Shown here piece after piece: positions 1-11,500 of a DNA stretch of 64,000 bases. Made by a program: the position numbers and the translations under genes. The DNA is from Callorhinchus milii (lineage: Eukaryota): NCBI RefSeq assembly GCF_018977255.1, contig NW_024704742.1, positions 116,562,001-116,626,000 of the forward strand, read 5' to 3'. A model generated the notes under the pieces. It ran no database searches. It saw nothing but the letters and a program-made list of their open reading frames with translations, and had not been told where the DNA came from. Numbering within the stretch: the stretch's first letter is position 1; each line of letters opens with the position of its first letter.

Positions 1-2214
1 GATCATGAGTATTTTTAACCAGAATGAATGTTTGATTTTTTATAAATATTCAAAGGCATTGTACAATAAAATGTTCAATATTTTTGTCCAACTTCAATTG
101 TTTTGTGCCATTGTCTTTAAAACTCAAGTATTATCTATTCTGATCCTCATTTCTTGTTATCTGAAGTGCTGCTCTTCAACCGATATAACAGATTATCTTT
201 AGTGTGTTTTGTCATTGTTGATGGAAGGGATACAACAACAACACCTTGCATTTATACGACACCGCACACGCAGGGCAGAATCCTAGAGCGCTTGACAGTG
301 GCGGAGCACGACGCCGAGGCGGGGGGAGGTGACTGTAGGTAAGGTCAAATTGGAAGGTCTTAAGGCGCAACCTGAAGATGGGGAAGTAAGGGGCAAGGTG
401 GAGGGATAGGGGAAGAGTATTCCAATGTCAACATATACAAGTTTTTACTTGGTGCTTTTCCACTGTTATCTATTTCAGCAGCAGTACTTACCATTTTGAA
501 ATTGACGTTAAATGTTTGATTATTCACTTTTTTAAAAAAATCTGAACAATCTGGCAAGGAATCTCAAAGCACAAATTTCTACCGAATTGTTGCCATGCAC
601 TGTCTGCCAATTCTGTGTTTTTCTGCCAAAAATGTTCTGGTATCCAGTATAACTTGGCCAAGTAGTCTACCGCAAAAGAAAAACAGATTCATCAAGTCGA
701 TCATGAGGTGCCTCATTAATTGTGCTTGGTGCTCTTGCCAGTTTAGAGACCTCAATTTCTGCTGTGGTGAGCAGTCAAAATTTTGACTTACAAATGTGGG
801 ATGTTGTTTGCAAATATTTTTTGCAAGCCTGTTATATTTTAACACTGGTTTCCAACATTTTTTAAAAATCATTGGAACTAATGAGCTTTGCAATTGATGG
901 CTTTCTGTATCTCAAACAAGAGCATATATTTTTACCTTGCCTATAATCTTTTTGGAATGTAGTCCAGTTTGGTGGTTTACATAATTGCCATAAGGTAATT
1001 GATGTATTAGTATTTAATATAGCCAGTGCCTTGGGAGTGCTTCAGTTTTTTCTGTAAAGTGTACTGACTATTTACAGGCAAACCAATGTCCCACAACTGC
1101 CATGAAGTCAAACCTTAGGCAAGTTTCCTTACTCCAGACACCTTACCCAGCAGTAAGTAGGAACCCAGTTGTAAGTTGATTGGTGGATTTCTTTCTGGGG
1201 ATAATAATCCTTAATAAAAAAATTTAAAAAATTGAGTGGCTACTCAATCCACGACTTTGTCGGACACTGCCATGGGATATTGACTGCCACATTTTGCACA
1301 CAATTCACTTTACAGTATATGCTGTGAAGCACTGAGACATCTTGAAGATGTGATAAGGTGCTATATTAAATGCAAAAATATCAAATGCAAGGATTACTTT
1401 GAAGTGACTTTTTAATCTGGGAGATTTTTGGTCATTGGAAGAAACTCTTTGAAGGCTGTGGGATCTTTGGCATCCACCTGGACAGGCAGATGGGATCTTG
1501 GGTTGATGACAATGCTTTGCTCTTTCAGTAATACACTGAAGTATCAGATCAGACTGAAATCAAGTTTCGTTCTACTTTTTGAAAGCGGTGTGACCAAACT
1601 AGGCAATGTTATTAGACTTATTACATCCACGTTTCTCTCGCAACTTCTGCAAAAATGTGTAGTTTAGTTTTGCAATGGCAACGTTTTGCTGTGTTGTGGG
1701 AGTGGGTGTAATATTGTGGTCTGGGCAAAGATATGCCAGTACTGATGAAATGAAAATAGCTTTACAATAAAAGAAACTAAAGTCTAAAGTGTAATATTTG
1801 CAAACTTGATGTTGCTATACTAATTCTGGTATTGTGGTTTTCAGTTTGAAAGGACTTGTCTTTTTAAAAAAAAACTACAGTTAAGTAGCTGAAGGCACTG
1901 CTTGTAGGGCAAGGCAGCAGCAGACTCTAAACAATGCAACCATATCCTGAAATAAGAGTAAAACCTGCCAGTCCACTTATGGCCTCGGGGATGGGAATGA
2001 AACTGTCAAAAAAGTTTAAAAAATGAATATATCCCTGGTTTTAGTAACCCCACCAACTGCTCTATATTTTTTAACTCAATGCACTCATTTCATCAGAGCT
2101 GTTTGTCTTCTAATTATGGTAATTTAAACATCTTTGATCTATAAGATTAACACCTTAACACCAATTGTATTTTAAAAACATCTCACTGTCAAGTGACTTG
2201 ATCTTTAATTTTCC

Positions 2215-2590
2215 TGTATCAGCTTGGCTCAGTTTGGCTCAGTAGCACTCTTGCCTCTGAGGCAGAAGGTTATGGGATCAAGCTCCATGTCAGGACTTGT
2301 AATCGCATATTCCAGTTGCAGTGCTGTAGATGTTTTGCAACGTTGGAGGTGCGGTTCTTAAGATGAGATGTTAAACCAAGGTCCCATCTGATTGTTCAGG
2401 TGGATATTAAAGATCCCCCAGCCTTATTTGAAGAGAAGGGAGTTCTGGCCAACAAATCCCCCAAATAAAATTGGTCACTCACTCCATGGCTGTTTGTGGG
2501 ACAGTGCTGTGTGCAAACTGGCTGCAAAGTTACTCCATTTCATAATGCATGTGATAATAACAATAAGGCACTATATCAAACAAGGATTTT
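2215..2590 (+). mobile_element. ancient DeuSINE (SacSINE1/AmnSINE-like) copy
   Basis: tRNA-like head, Deu-domain-like gatgagatgttaaaccaaggtcccatctg..ttcaggtggatattaaagatccc and shared 3' body; related copies at ~11085-11490 (-), 38550-38790 (-), 29325-29780 (+, interrupted). Confidence 0.7.
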
Positions 2591-2930
2591 TAATATCCTC
2601 CCTATGATATAGCTCTTTGACCTAATGCCTCCCCCTTACTCCATGACTCAAACGACCACATTAGCAATTCACAATCAGAGCCCATCTCTTGCAAGTTTGC
2701 AAGTCCAGGTGCTATTCAGCTGTTAAAAAACATGATTTAAACCAGGAAATACCAACTATATAAAACAATTTAAACTCTTGGTTGCTTTGCCAGAAACCTG
2801 TACGGGGTGTTTTCAGTAATGTGAGACTTCACAGAGATGAGTTGTGAAATCAGTCAACACCACAATATTATGTGGAGTACAAAATCAAGTGATCTAAAAC
2901 TTATTTCTTCATTCCTTGTTTCAATTCCAG

Positions 2931-3003
2931 GAACTTGAGAACGGAAGTGGTTCGTCTCTGGGGAGAATATGTAGACATCACAAACCTTATTGCAGTGCTG
3001 TGG
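2931..3003 (+). pseudogene. HEXB: degenerate beta-hexosaminidase (HEXB-like) exon remnant
   Basis: ttccag acceptor, then LWGEYVDITNLIAVLW (2956-3003), like the GH20 motif [21 protein letters not shown]; GGEA absent and donor reads tg|gcaggg; position and orientation match HEXB next to the GFM2 3' end. Confidence 0.7.
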
Positions 3004-3888
3004 CAGGGTCACATGAGCCAGTAAACAGGGTTATGAAATTGTACAGATACTCCAACAGGAGTATTCTTTCACATGCTTGGCTTTTACACTAAAGTCTGAT
3101 GTAGGAACAATTCCATTACTCAAATAAAATTGGCAAATAGAACATTGAACAAGTGAGAACATTCTTGGCACCTCAGAAGTTTACAATCATTGAAGAGACT
3201 CTAACCAAACTAACCCTAATCTATTCCTTAGTTATTAATTCTACCTTGTCTGGGCCATTTTTTTTTTAAAAAGTTTTTTTTTTAAAAAAAGGCCAGGTGA
3301 CAGATACTGATCAGTTACTTGAGTCAATGCTGAATAGGTTGATCTCAGGAAATCCATCTGAGCCACTGCAATTGCATGGAATGTCCAAAAGTGTCGCTCA
3401 CTTTTCTGCTCCCGATTGTTGTCAAGTGATTCTGCTGAAAAGTGTGTGAACAATATCAGCACTTAGCTTTAATACCACTCACAATGTCAAAAACTCACTG
3501 CCAGATTCACTTACTCACCGCAAGGGACTAGAGGGCATCTGGTGGGAATTAAGATTATGAGGGAGAGGCAGGGAGATTGAGGTAGGGAGTTCCAGAGGTT
3601 AGCACAGTGGCTACAGCACAGCCACCAAAGGTGACGAGGGGAGTCGGTGAGCATCCAGCTGGCTTATGTTAACTGAGCGAAGGGGGCAGCCAAAAGAGGG
3701 CTCTACAATCAGGTAAGAGAGGTAGGGAGGTGCTGGAACATAAATGTGGGAATGTCTTCATTACTCTGAGGCTGGGAGGGGAAAATGATTTCACTCACCT
3801 CCGTGAAGCCTCACAGTACTGAAATCACCTCGTACAGATTTCCGCCAAGCAGTGGTTTAAATTGTTTATTTGGTGTGTATTTTATACT

Positions 3889-4260
3889 ACAACAACAACA
3901 ACAAGATTCCATTTATAAAGCGCCTTTCACGTCAGGAGGACGTCCCAAGGCGCTGCACAGCTGGGTCATGACCCGAGCAGGGGGGAAATGGTCAGGGTGA
4001 GGGGAGGGAAGGGAGGGAGCGAGGAGGGGGAAGAGAGTCGAGAGGGGAGCTGAAGGCACGGTCAAAGAGAAAGGTTTTGAGACCGGCCTTGAAGGAGGAA
4101 AGGGAGGAAGCAAGGCAAAGGCATTGGGGGATAGAGTTCCAGAGCCTGGGGGCTGAGAGGCTGAAGGCCCGACCACCAATGGTAGTGCGGTTGGGGCGGG
4201 GGACGTGGAGCAGACCGGAGCCAGAGGAACGGAGGGTACGGGCAGGTAGGTAGGGGGATA
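3889..4260 (-). mobile_element. L2 3' fragment (same young family as 48250-49310)
   Basis: near-identical reverse complement of ~48860-49310. Confidence 0.92.
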
Positions 4261-4370
4261 CTGCCATTAATACGCAAAAGAATTGTGGAAAAAAGAAAAT
4301 AGAGACTTTACTTCTGTTTGTAGGATTTACAACAGACAATTCCATTGGTAACTGTCACTTTTGGCAGCAG

Positions 4371-4430
4371 GAATCGTGGTATAACAGTATAAGGACTGGA
4401 ACAAGCTGCTAAACCCATTCCTGGTTTTAT
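4371..4430 (+). pseudogene. HEXB: possible HEXB terminal-exon remnant
   Basis: after ttttggcagcag: RGI-[TV*GLEQ]-AAKPIPGF, like the hexosaminidase C-terminal RGIAAQPL.AG(Y/F)C with a stop-containing insertion. Confidence 0.45.
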
Positions 4431-4625
4431 GATGATCAACACATCTCACAAGTGAAAAGGATCTGAGAACTTAAAACTGCTTTCCCAATATTTCAAGTTC
4501 AGATAACAAAAAAAACTCAAGAACTTCATCACCATGTACATTATTAACTCATATGTGAGTGTAGATAGTGCTCATCTTTTGTTATCTTAATTCAATACGT
4601 TGGATTAAAAGATCTGCCAACATCC

Positions 4626-4652
4626 AATAAACTTGGATGTCATTTGTTTATT
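4626..4652. terminator. convergent polyadenylation signals: AATAAA on + (4626-4631) and on - (4647-4652, candidate GFM2 signal)
   Basis: direct sequence; first - strand AATAAA I found downstream of the GFM2 stop. Confidence 0.5.
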
Positions 4653-4724
4653 TCCCCTTTACAGAAGTAGGCCATTTGGAGAGGCTAACATTTCAGTCAT
4701 TTTGCGACAGTGAAGTAAAGTTGC

Positions 4725-4965
4725 AGGTTTGAATCCTGGTCTGTGCTGAGTTAGCTGATATCTGCCCAGGCAGCAGGTGAGAGAACTATAATTGGTGTCT
4801 GGGTTGTGGAATGGGTTCCCACTCCTAATTGCTCTGCAGCCTCCCTCCCCACCTCTGGTGGGAGGTGCATGTGTGTGGCGCTGGCTCAGATAGGTTCAGA
4901 CTTGGGCTGTGATGGGCTGTCAACATAACTGGCCAGGCTCACACATGAATAACGACTACTTGGGT
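4725..4965 (+). mobile_element. old SINE-like repeat inside the putative GFM2 3' UTR
   Basis: ggtttgaatcctggtctgtgctgagttagctga...ggctcacacatgaa; similar segments at ~22705-22925 and ~46972-47120; family not identified. Confidence 0.5.
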
Positions 4966-5404
4966 TAGATACTACAATCGGATGAAAAGGGAATGAAACA
5001 CATTCAGAAAAGGAGGGAGGGAAAATCCATGGATCCAGATGTAAATGAAATCAAAATCTAGTTGAAGTAAGAAAAAGCTGCCTTGTGATTTCATATTGTA
5101 AGTTGAGTCCCAACTAGAGTTTGCAGTTCACACCTCAGTCGTCTTGAGTGTGTTTATCAGCACTTGTAGATTCCGGGATCAGAAACAAATGTTAGCATCT
5201 GACATGATATACTGGGTAGAAGCCACTTCTGTTGCCTAGAAAGTGGCTGAATGTTCTAGGAAACCCTTTCCACATCTGCAAGATTCTCTATAGCATTCTG
5301 GAGGTCAATCATTTTCTGCTCCAAGCTGAGAAATCACCGTAGGTGTCCTTCTCCCAAATGTCATCAGTCATAACATGGACTTTGTAGATGGTTTTGTTCT
5401 GCAC

Positions 5405-5533
5405 TCACATGACTCCGGTCATTTTGTTGAAAAGCATCTTTTGTTCCTGTGAAGTCATCGCCTCATACCTCGACAGCTCCAAGGTGAATGTAGCCATGCC
5501 TGATGCCAATGTGCGGAGAGTGGTCGAATAACC
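5405..5533 (-). CDS. GFM2: GFM2 last coding exon ([26 protein letters not shown]...GVM*)
   Basis: GYSTxLR motif, TGA at 5405-5407. Confidence 0.96.
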   Translation of the reverse strand, partial: GYSTTLRTLASGMATFTLELSRYEAMTSQEQKMLFNKMTGVM

Positions 5534-8500
5534 CTGAAATCATTCACAAGCATTTAGATGTATGAGCAAATGCTCATCATTAAAAAGGAAAGGGGGACGG
5601 GGTATGAAAAGATTCACTTTAATGTTAGGATAATAATCTTTTTTTTAAAAAAAGCAAATTATTCCAAAATAATAAAGGTTAGAAACATTTTAGAATACTT
5701 TTTCACAGATTTCTTATTTTGTAACAACTAACCAGCTCGTACGCAATTGCCATAAACAACTTGAGCTTAAATGGCGCCTTTCACGTAGGCTTACGTGGCA
5801 CCTTTCACAAGGGCTGCTTGACCCCCTTATCTCCCACCCAGCTCAGGCTCCATTCTGTTTTTCCACAGCTCTTTGAGACGTTCTCCTAAACAAGTGCAAA
5901 CTGTTGAAAACTCATTTTTGAATCTCAGAATCGCAGCAACTTGGAATAGTTCTCAGTATCTCATCGTGGAATAGGATTGTTTATCCTTGGATTGAATGCA
6001 ACTGATGTAGTGTTTACACTTAGCAGAAAATAAAAGTGCTGATATGTACTTTGTCAATAAATAATAGAACTAATATCCAGCTCAATTCATAATTTACCAT
6101 CATTTCAGCAAGTGGGACACATGCCAATACCACTCGGTTATCCTGACGGCTCTGGATTTCCTGGACGCTTCCTCTTCTCTGAGCGAGGTCGGCCAGCACT
6201 ACACTGAGATGGTCTTCATCCACCGTGATCTCCAGGTTCATCACTGGCTCTAGGACCTGGCTCCCAGCACGCCTCAGTGCCTAGATGCACACAGACAAAA
6301 TAGCATTGTCTCAGAAAACAACCAATTCTTTACTGCCCACCCTATGAGTGGGGGTCAGGCCTTCAGCTTTTCTGCCCCCACCCTCTGGAACTCCATCCCG
6401 GAATCCTTCTGCCTTGCCCCATCACTTGCCTTCTTTAAGGCCCATCTCAAAACTTTCCTCTTTGTAAAAATTGTAATAGGAGTACAATTGATTCTCTTTG
6501 ACCACAAAATATACAAACAAAATTACAAAATTAAATTTTTAAAGTGCCTTTCACGTCGGGAAAACGTCCAAAGGCGCTGAACAGTCAAGGATTAGGGTCC
6601 GAGCGGGAGGGGAGCGCGGAGGGCCGAGAGGGTAGGAGGATGGTTGAAGGCACAGTCGAAGATGAGGTTCTTGAGGCGTGCCTTGAAGGAGGCAAGGTAG
6701 GAGGCATTATCTTGTGAGACAAGTCGGAGAGTGCCAGCAGTGATTTAACATCATCTCAGAAAACCATATCTCTTTCTAGCTCCAAATCCACATGTACTTT
6801 CTTAGCCGGGGTCACACTCAAAGGCAGGAAACTTGGTTGATTTTTTCTCCCCCTAAGCGCTTTGGTCAATTGTATTACTTCTACTGGTCACTCAGCACAA
6901 ATCAGGGATTGAACCAACCTATTCTGACAACATATTCAATTTATAACATTCACTGTAGGCATCTTAGTAGTTATTCAAACTTTTATCAGATACTAATTTG
7001 AGGAACAGAGACTGTTCAGATCCTCAGGTATTTTGCAATATGTTTTGCAGTTGCTCTAATGAGGCTCGAAAAGGCCGACTTCCCTTTAGAAACAGGCAGT
7101 GCATAACCTCCCATTTCTCTACATGTCCCACAAACTTCATATACTGACTAGAATGCAATCACACACAACCTTAGATAGCTATGCAAGAATAGGACTGGGG
7201 CTCTTTCACATTGTATTTTTGCAGTTCATATGCCTTTCTCAGACTAAGAGGTAAAGACCTTTGAGGAATCTATTCCTTTTATAGTGGTAGCCATCCTTTG
7301 TAGAACAGATTCAAATGGAAATTGTTGCTGGAAAGACTTACAGTAGGATGTTAATCACACACATAACTTGTGGTACAATAACCATAAAATAAACAATGTA
7401 TGTAATAAATGTTCTGGAGTCATTTGAGGTTAGTGATAAAACTGTGGGCACACACATGGCTTAAACATGCTTTTTGGACAGCCTGACCTGCAGTACATCC
7501 CGGTATATATTGTCAATGGGACATTATTCTCCTGGATTAGGTTGTTTCTTTGTACTACAGTTAGATTGTTGCTGCATGAATGTGCCAAATATTAATTCAC
7601 TTGCCACATAAACAACTGCATGCTTTAGGATGTGTGTGCCAAGGCCTCACCTTCTGCAAACAGCGAGATACACAAGCTGAAATCATTGGCATTGATGTCC
7701 CAGGGTGTACATGGAGAGATTCCAGTGTGACCACCACATCCTGAAGAGGGAAATTCAACAGTGGGCCTACAAACAAGGTAAACAACACTTGCGATGTTAA
7801 ATGGCATATAATTGGCAGTACAGTTCTATACAGTATGGTAGTAAGTAAATGCTGGAAGGATGTTTATACATGAATTTTAAATAATGCTAGGATTGAGCTC
7901 AATTATGATGCCTCCAATGATTGAATAGTCGGTCAAGGCCCAAAAAGCCAAACAGTGGAGAGAATCAAGGCTGATCCAATAGAGGAGAGTGTGATGAGTG
8001 TTACCGGGATGATGAGATGTGAGAAACAAATGGATAAACTTGGGCTCCAAGGTGACATGCTTGGCAACGGAAGGTCGGAATCAAGCCAGCTCAGCTGACC
8101 CCCCAAAAACAGACTTGGCGTTCTGGAGGAATGAGTTCAAATTCTGGAAGGATTTCGTCCTCAAAATATATAATCAGTTCACTTTACAGTATATTCTGTG
8201 AAGCACTTTCAGACGTCTCAAAGATGTGATAAAGCATTATATCAAATGCAAGGATTATTATTATTAAATAATCTGAAGATCCTTCTCCTAAATTATCTTG
8301 AGAACACTCACTGCCAAGGCTCATGGCTGACTCATGGCTGCCAAGTTACCCGAGGTTTCATTTTAATCCCATTAGAATGAAGAGAAGGGCAACAAAAAAA
8401 GTTAAACATTTTGTTTGGCACCTTGCAGAAATGAAGTGTTCAGTCCATTTTCCACAGCATCTAAGATTTCTGTGGAAAGTTGCTCCTGGAGAACGTCTGA

Positions 8501-11500
8501 AAACTCAATCAGAGGCTTCGTCACTGGGCCTTCTCCTAGCCATGGGCGAACTGACAGCTCAGCTGTTATCAGGTTGCGTTTGCTCCCCACGGTTCTGTCC
8601 AATGTATCTATGCAACAGAAGCAAGTCTCAAAGTGTTTTGCTACGTGAGTGTTAAGGTGTAAAAAACACTGATTAAAACTTAAAATGCCAGATCACTTTT
8701 TGGTGGTAATAATCCTTCCAATAAATAAATTACAAAATTTCACTCAATCCACAACTGTTTGCGGGACACAGTTGTGCCCAGATTGGCGCATTCTGGCTGC
8801 CACATTTTGGCCACAAAATTCCACTTTACAATTTTTCTGTGAAAGACTTTGAGACTCTCGACAACATGATAAAGAGCTATATCAAATGCAAGGTTTATTA
8901 TTACTTAGGAAGAATGTTCTCAACACACACAAATATCATTTAAAAACAAAACTGCTGATGCAGTTAGACAAATGACTTTTCGATGCCCGACTATTGGAGC
9001 AGTAGAACATTGGCAAAGGGCAACAACATTAATCAATCCAAGGTTGAGAAAACAGAAACTTAAAAACAACTATACTCCACACAGTACTTCCATTATTCCA
9101 GAATCATTGCTTCACTTGATTTTGATCATTAATGTAATAGTTTGTTGCAATTTACTATACAAAGAACTTTATTATTATTCAAAAGTTGACCTGACTTTTT
9201 GTTTCTGGAGCATAGACTTGGTCTATTCAGAGAAACCATTAAATAAACTAGAAAGTACAATGTGTTTACCTGCTGAGCTGGCAGAGATTGATATGGTTTC
9301 TCTGTAGGCCACTTGGAGGGGTCCAAGGTGAGTCTCAATTTTATACTCCCTCTTGATTCGATCATGGATTATGTCAATGTGCAGCTCACCCATTCCACAC
9401 AGAATAGTCTACAAAAATGGTCGAAAGTAGGAGTCAACTACCCTTTTCAAAACCAGTTGGCTTCCTGCTCTATTGGTAAAATTATTAATTAATTTACACT
9501 ATTCTGTCTCGACAATACCGTCGGTTATGTATATTACAATAACTGCATTAATCTCATAACCTCCTTTCACCCAGCAATGGGCAGTCAAACCCCGGCTACA
9601 GATTGCACCTGAAGACTTTCCTCTTTGACCCTGCCTACAGTCACCTCCACTTCCTCCCTGGCTCGGTGTCAAAATCAGACACTGTTCAGAACTCCCAGAG
9701 AAGCTATCCCACATGAAGAGCTCTACATACATGCAAGCTGTCATTTTATCACATCTAGCCATAAAGGCAAAGTACAGCATAACATAACATGTAGAAGCAG
9801 GAGTAGGCCATTCGGCCCTTCGAGCCTGCACTGCCATTCAATCATGGCTGATCTTCTAATCTAACTCCAGCTAATAACCTGACCCTGCCTTATCCCCATA
9901 TCCCTTAATCCCTTTTGCAATAAAATAGCACGGTGGCATGTTGCATTGAATCTACAATATGCTTGTTCCACAGACTGAAAGCTTTCCAGAGAAGCTGAGG
10001 CGGACAGTTCCTGAGTAGAAGAAAAAGGCAAAGGATACCAGAAGTGGCAATGCTGGTGGTCTAGATGACAGCTATTTTTAGCGGGTGGGAAACCAAAATG
10101 GCTAAATTCCAGGTCATGGAGTCCTTGCCAATGTCACTTTCTGTGTGTTTCCCATGGACAGTGAGCAGGGTCCACACACCATTTGTGTTGCAAACTATAA
10201 AGCACTGTAACAAAGTGCATTATAACAGATTGTGCTATAGTCTCTACTTCTGTATTTCTTGTTCTCTTTTGCTGTTCTTGTTTTGAAGAGATCTTGAATT
10301 TTCTCGACCTTGAATTTTGCACCCAGGCGAAAAAAGCATCGGAAATATGCTAACGTTTTGAAATCTTTCACAATGTTGTAACTCACCTGCCCGGAGTCTG
10401 GGTCAATCTTCACCTTTAAACTGGGATCTTCGCGCTGGAGACAGATAAGAGCACGGTCCAGATCTAGGAGCACCAATGAGAACTTGTATTGTGAAAACAT
10501 GTAAATCTGCTGCCACAGCTAAAAAGTTCCAGTGCCGTCACCACTGCAAAATCTCCGGCAAAAAGTGCCGACTACTGTGTTTTCTCCAGGTCCCTGCCTA
10601 GCACACAGGCCCTTGAGACTTTGATTCAGACAAGAGTTCTCACAAGTCTTAATAGGAGATTCCTGAAGAAAATGCTGTTTATGTTGAGGACACCTTGCCA
10701 GCAGCCACACAACAGTGTTGGCGCACAAACACCTTTCAGGTTACAAACTGGGGTGGAAGAGACTTTTGAAATCTATAACACAGAGTTTCATGGCTTGTTA
10801 AATAATAATAGCAAAACTATATTTATATAGCGTCTTTCACATCGGAAGGGTGTCCCAAGGCGATGGACAGTTGAGGAAATATTTGTAAAAAATTTTAATA
10901 AAACATTTTTTAAAAAATACAATTTAAATATATTTTTAAATTAAGTTAATTTATTTATTATTGATAAATAACCTGAAGGCTAATTTCACACTGTTAACAT
11001 ATTTTGGTTAGCAGAGGATAAGTATTGCATTGAATACAAGGATACTTTTACTGATTTTAAAAATAATAATTATATTTGGCATTCAAACTTATCACATTGT
11101 CAAAATGTCTCATAGCGTTTCACAGAATGTTTAGTGTGTAGTGACTGTGTATTTGTAGTCAAACAAAGCAACTAATTTATGCTCAACAATGTCCCATAAA
11201 TGCCAAACGTCCCTCGTGAAATGTGTAACCAATTTTATCTGAGGGATTGATGTCCAGAACTAGGAGAAACTCCTTTCTCTTTTTGAATAGTCTATGGGAC
11301 CTTTGCCATCCACCTGAACAAGCAGACGGGACTTCAGTTTAATATCTCATCCAAAGTCACTTCCGACAATGCAGCACTCCCCCAGTACTGCACTGGAGTG
11401 TCAGGTTAAAAGCTCAAAGTCCTGACATGGAGCTTGAACCCACAGTCTTTTGACTCAGAGACGAAAGTGTTACCAACTGAGCCAGGTTGACACCTCAGTG

